From positions 1 through 25,145 of the IMG/VR virus record IMGVR_UViG_3300049910_000003: DNA of 25,145 bases. One strand, given 5' to 3'. The translations under genes were made by a program, and so were the position numbers. Positions within the stretch are counted from its first letter, which is position 1; each line of letters starts with the position of its first letter. Below, piece by piece: positions 23,240-25,145 of this stretch. Below the pieces are notes generated by a model that did no database searches, had not been told where the DNA came from, and worked only from the letters and a program-made list of their open reading frames with translations. This stretch comes from a virus (taxonomy: Duplodnaviria; Caudoviricetes).

Positions 23240-24688
23240 CTAGTAGATCGAAGGTGCCTCAACCACAGGCGTAGAGGCCAACTCAATAGCGCGCCACCAG
23301 GCCAGGCGAACGGCTAGCGCGGCGTCAACCCAACGGGTCGGGTCGGCCGGACGTTGCAAACGTATTGACCCGTCACCTAACCGCCTTGCTACTAACGCGT
23401 CCATTTGTGACACGATTAGCGGGTGGTGGTCGTGCGCTATGCGGCCTTCCACTATTGCACGGAATAGTTCATCGGCCGCGGGTCCGTCGTCTTTGTTTTG
23501 CCAACGGTAAACGGCTACGCCGTCGTTCTCTATAGCCTTAAACAAGTGCGGCCGGATACGTGGCGCAACGGCTATCTCTCGCACGTTGTACCGTGCGCAC
23601 GCGTCGTCAATCACGGCGCGTAGTTCAAAGTCCGTTGCGGCCTCTGCGGCCCAACCGTAGAACGCGGACCCGTCTAACGTGACGCCAACAACGGCCGTTG
23701 TACGCCGGTACGTGCCTTCAACGCCTAACACAACTTCGGTACCTTCGGCCGGTACTGGCGACATAGGGCAGGTATCGAACGCGCCGACAGGTAGCCAACC
23801 GCTAACACTGTCAACCCATTGCCCTAGGTGGTAGACACGAAACGACGGTTCGTCAATCAGTACCGCTTGTGTTGCCAGTGCGTCTTCGCTAAGGAAACCG
23901 GCACGTAACGCCGGGTTAGCGTCACGCCATGCGGCTTTGTCGGTTAGTTCGCAACCGTCCGGCGCGGACCATTCCAACCATGCAACGCCTTGCGGCAACG
24001 TGTTTGTCTTCGCACGTTCGCGCATGCGGAACATGACGTTTTCCTCAAAGCCTGGCGTACCAATCCCTACGATTGTTGCGTCCGGTCGTTTGCCTAGCCT
24101 CGCAATCAAGCTCTCTACAACGTCATCGTTCGCGAATCCAAACTCATCCACAATGCAAAGGTTGAAGTTGAGGCCTTGCACCGCGTCAAGTTTGTTCGGA
24201 TGCGCTTTGAGTTGTGATCCTGTAGGCCTGTATTCAAGGATGCCGTCCGACGCATAAAACGCGAACAACGGCACCAACTCCGGACTTGATTCGACCATGC
24301 GTTTAGCCGTCTCAATGATTTGGCCGGCCTGTTCTTTCTTAGTCGCTACAACGTCTATCTCCGCATAGTCGTCGCCACGCGCCATACGTTCCAACGCTAA
24401 AGCCGCGAGTAGCGTTGTCTTACCGTTGCCGGTTGGAACGCTAATGAACGTGGCACGGTTGCCGTAGATAGCGCGAATCATTCTCTCTTGAAACGCGGCA
24501 ACCCGTATCTTGCCTCCGGCGTGATAGCCAGTAGGAACACGTACGTACGTCTCTAACCATTGCCGAACACGACGGCTAAGGCTTGTGTGTTGCCAACCGT
24601 GCCAAGGCGGCAACTCCGTAAGTCGTAGCGGTTTCTTAACTCCGGCGTGTTGTAGTACGCCGTGGTCCGGCCGGTTGTAATCGGCCAT
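23240..24688 (-). CDS. terL: Terminase large subunit
   Basis: Walker A PTGNGKT, A.KKEQA, Walker B CIVDE, coupling motif IGTPG, W..ANPAL and C-terminal VDAA.A. Start moved to ATG 24688 (AAGGGA SD). Confidence 0.93.
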   Translation of the reverse strand: MADYNRPDHGVLQHAGVKKPLRLTELPPWHGWQHTSLSRRVRQWLETYVRVPTGYHAGGKIRVAAFQERMIRAIYGNRATFISVPTGNGKTTLLAALALERMARGDDYAEIDVVATKKEQAGQIIETAKRMVESSPELVPLFAFYASDGILEYRPTGSQLKAHPNKLDAVQGLNFNLCIVDEFGFANDDVVESLIARLGKRPDATIVGIGTPGFEENVMFRMRERAKTNTLPQGVAWLEWSAPDGCELTDKAAWRDANPALRAGFLSEDALATQAVLIDEPSFRVYHLGQWVDSVSGWLPVGAFDTCPMSPVPAEGTEVVLGVEGTYRRTTAVVGVTLDGSAFYGWAAEAATDFELRAVIDDACARYNVREIAVAPRIRPHLFKAIENDGVAVYRWQNKDDGPAADELFRAIVEGRIAHDHHPLIVSQMDALVARRLGDGSIRLQRPADPTRWVDAALAVRLAWWRAIELASTPVVEAPSIY

Positions 24689-24699
24689 TGGTCTTCCCT

Positions 24700-25008
24700 T
24701 TACGCTTGTAACTCCCAACGATCCCGGCACACAAGGTCAATGGCCGCGGCCGATTGCCGTTCCGTGAAACCGCTACGCCGTAACGCGGAGTAGATATCGC
24801 GAAACGAACGCACCGTTAGGCCGCAATGGTCGGCCATGATCCGGCAGGCCTGTTCCATACGTTCCGCCGCGATCCGATCACCCGGCCGACGATCCCAACG
24901 GCGCACGGCCACCAGGAACCTCTCTACGGCCTCCCGGTTCGCCTCCGGCCCATCTAGGCCAGGCGTCACCTCTCCGGCCGTCTGCGGGCCGTGTAGCGGT
25001 TCCGTCAT
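24700..25008 (-). CDS. Hypothetical protein in the terminase small-subunit position
   Basis: AGGAAGG SD, helical 102 aa, directly upstream of terL. No diagnostic motif is recognised. Confidence 0.6.
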   Translation of the reverse strand: MTEPLHGPQTAGEVTPGLDGPEANREAVERFLVAVRRWDRRPGDRIAAERMEQACRIMADHCGLTVRSFRDIYSALRRSGFTERQSAAAIDLVCRDRWELQA

Positions 25009-25145
25009 GCCGTCCGGCCTTCCTGGCCGAACGCACCCGGCCAAACATGCCGTGAATCCGCGGTAACTGCCGTGTTTGGTAAACTGTCGGCCTTTTTTGC
25101 GCTGATCGTTGCGGTTTCGGTCGTTTGCGGCGGAAATCGGCCCGA
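25005..25145 (-). CDS. Probable 3' part of the HNH ORF after circularisation (46 aa plus stop)
   Basis: The frame continuing from nt 1 to nt 25145 is open (SGRFPPQTTETAT...GRTA*). It ends at TGA 25005-25007, in an ATGA overlap with the next start at 25008. Confidence 0.6.
   Translation of the reverse strand, partial: SGRFPPQTTETATISAKKADSLPNTAVTADSRHVWPGAFGQEGRTA

Larger units (their letters stand above)
1..25145. mobile_element. Temperate siphovirus (HK97-type head, long non-contractile tail) of an actinobacterial host; apparently the whole genome
   Basis: Packaging, head, tail, lysis, integration and replication modules are all present and no host housekeeping genes are seen. The HNH ORF leaves the window at nt 1 and resumes in frame at nt 25145. 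Confidence 0.92.

Noticed and set aside
1-25145. Stop-codon reassignment suggested by abundant CTAG/TAG; tRNA genes; diversity-generating retroelement
   Set aside because: Genes are full length in the standard code and several end in TAG. I saw no cloverleaf, reverse transcriptase or template/variable repeat pair.

Overview
The window looks like a complete or near-complete ~25 kb temperate siphovirus genome of an actinobacterium. One gene suggests an Acidimicrobiia host. Almost all genes lie on the minus strand. The late module runs HNH endonuclease (split across the window ends), putative TerS, TerL, a small basic protein, HK97-type portal, prohead protease, capsid, adaptor, tail terminator, tail tube, HK97-gp10-like protein, a tail chaperone with a -1 frameshift, tape measure, two tail-tip proteins, an amidase endolysin and membrane proteins. 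A large serine integrase lies divergent from a three-gene plus-strand cassette (Zn-binding protein, basic HTH/nucleoid-protein-like protein, membrane protein). The early module encodes an XRE HTH regulator, a PD-(D/E)XK exonuclease, a phiC31 gp3-like protein, a Prim-Pol/AAA helicase followed by an iteron origin, a VRR-NUC nuclease and a C5 DNA methyltransferase. The most unusual signals are a strong depletion of the non-palindromic words CAGC/GCTG and GAGC/GCTC, the operator-controlled cassette with its nucleoid-protein-like gene, an HNH reading frame that continues in frame across the window junction, and a tandem structured leader upstream of the capsid gene. All family assignments come from motif recognition by eye; no database searches were run.
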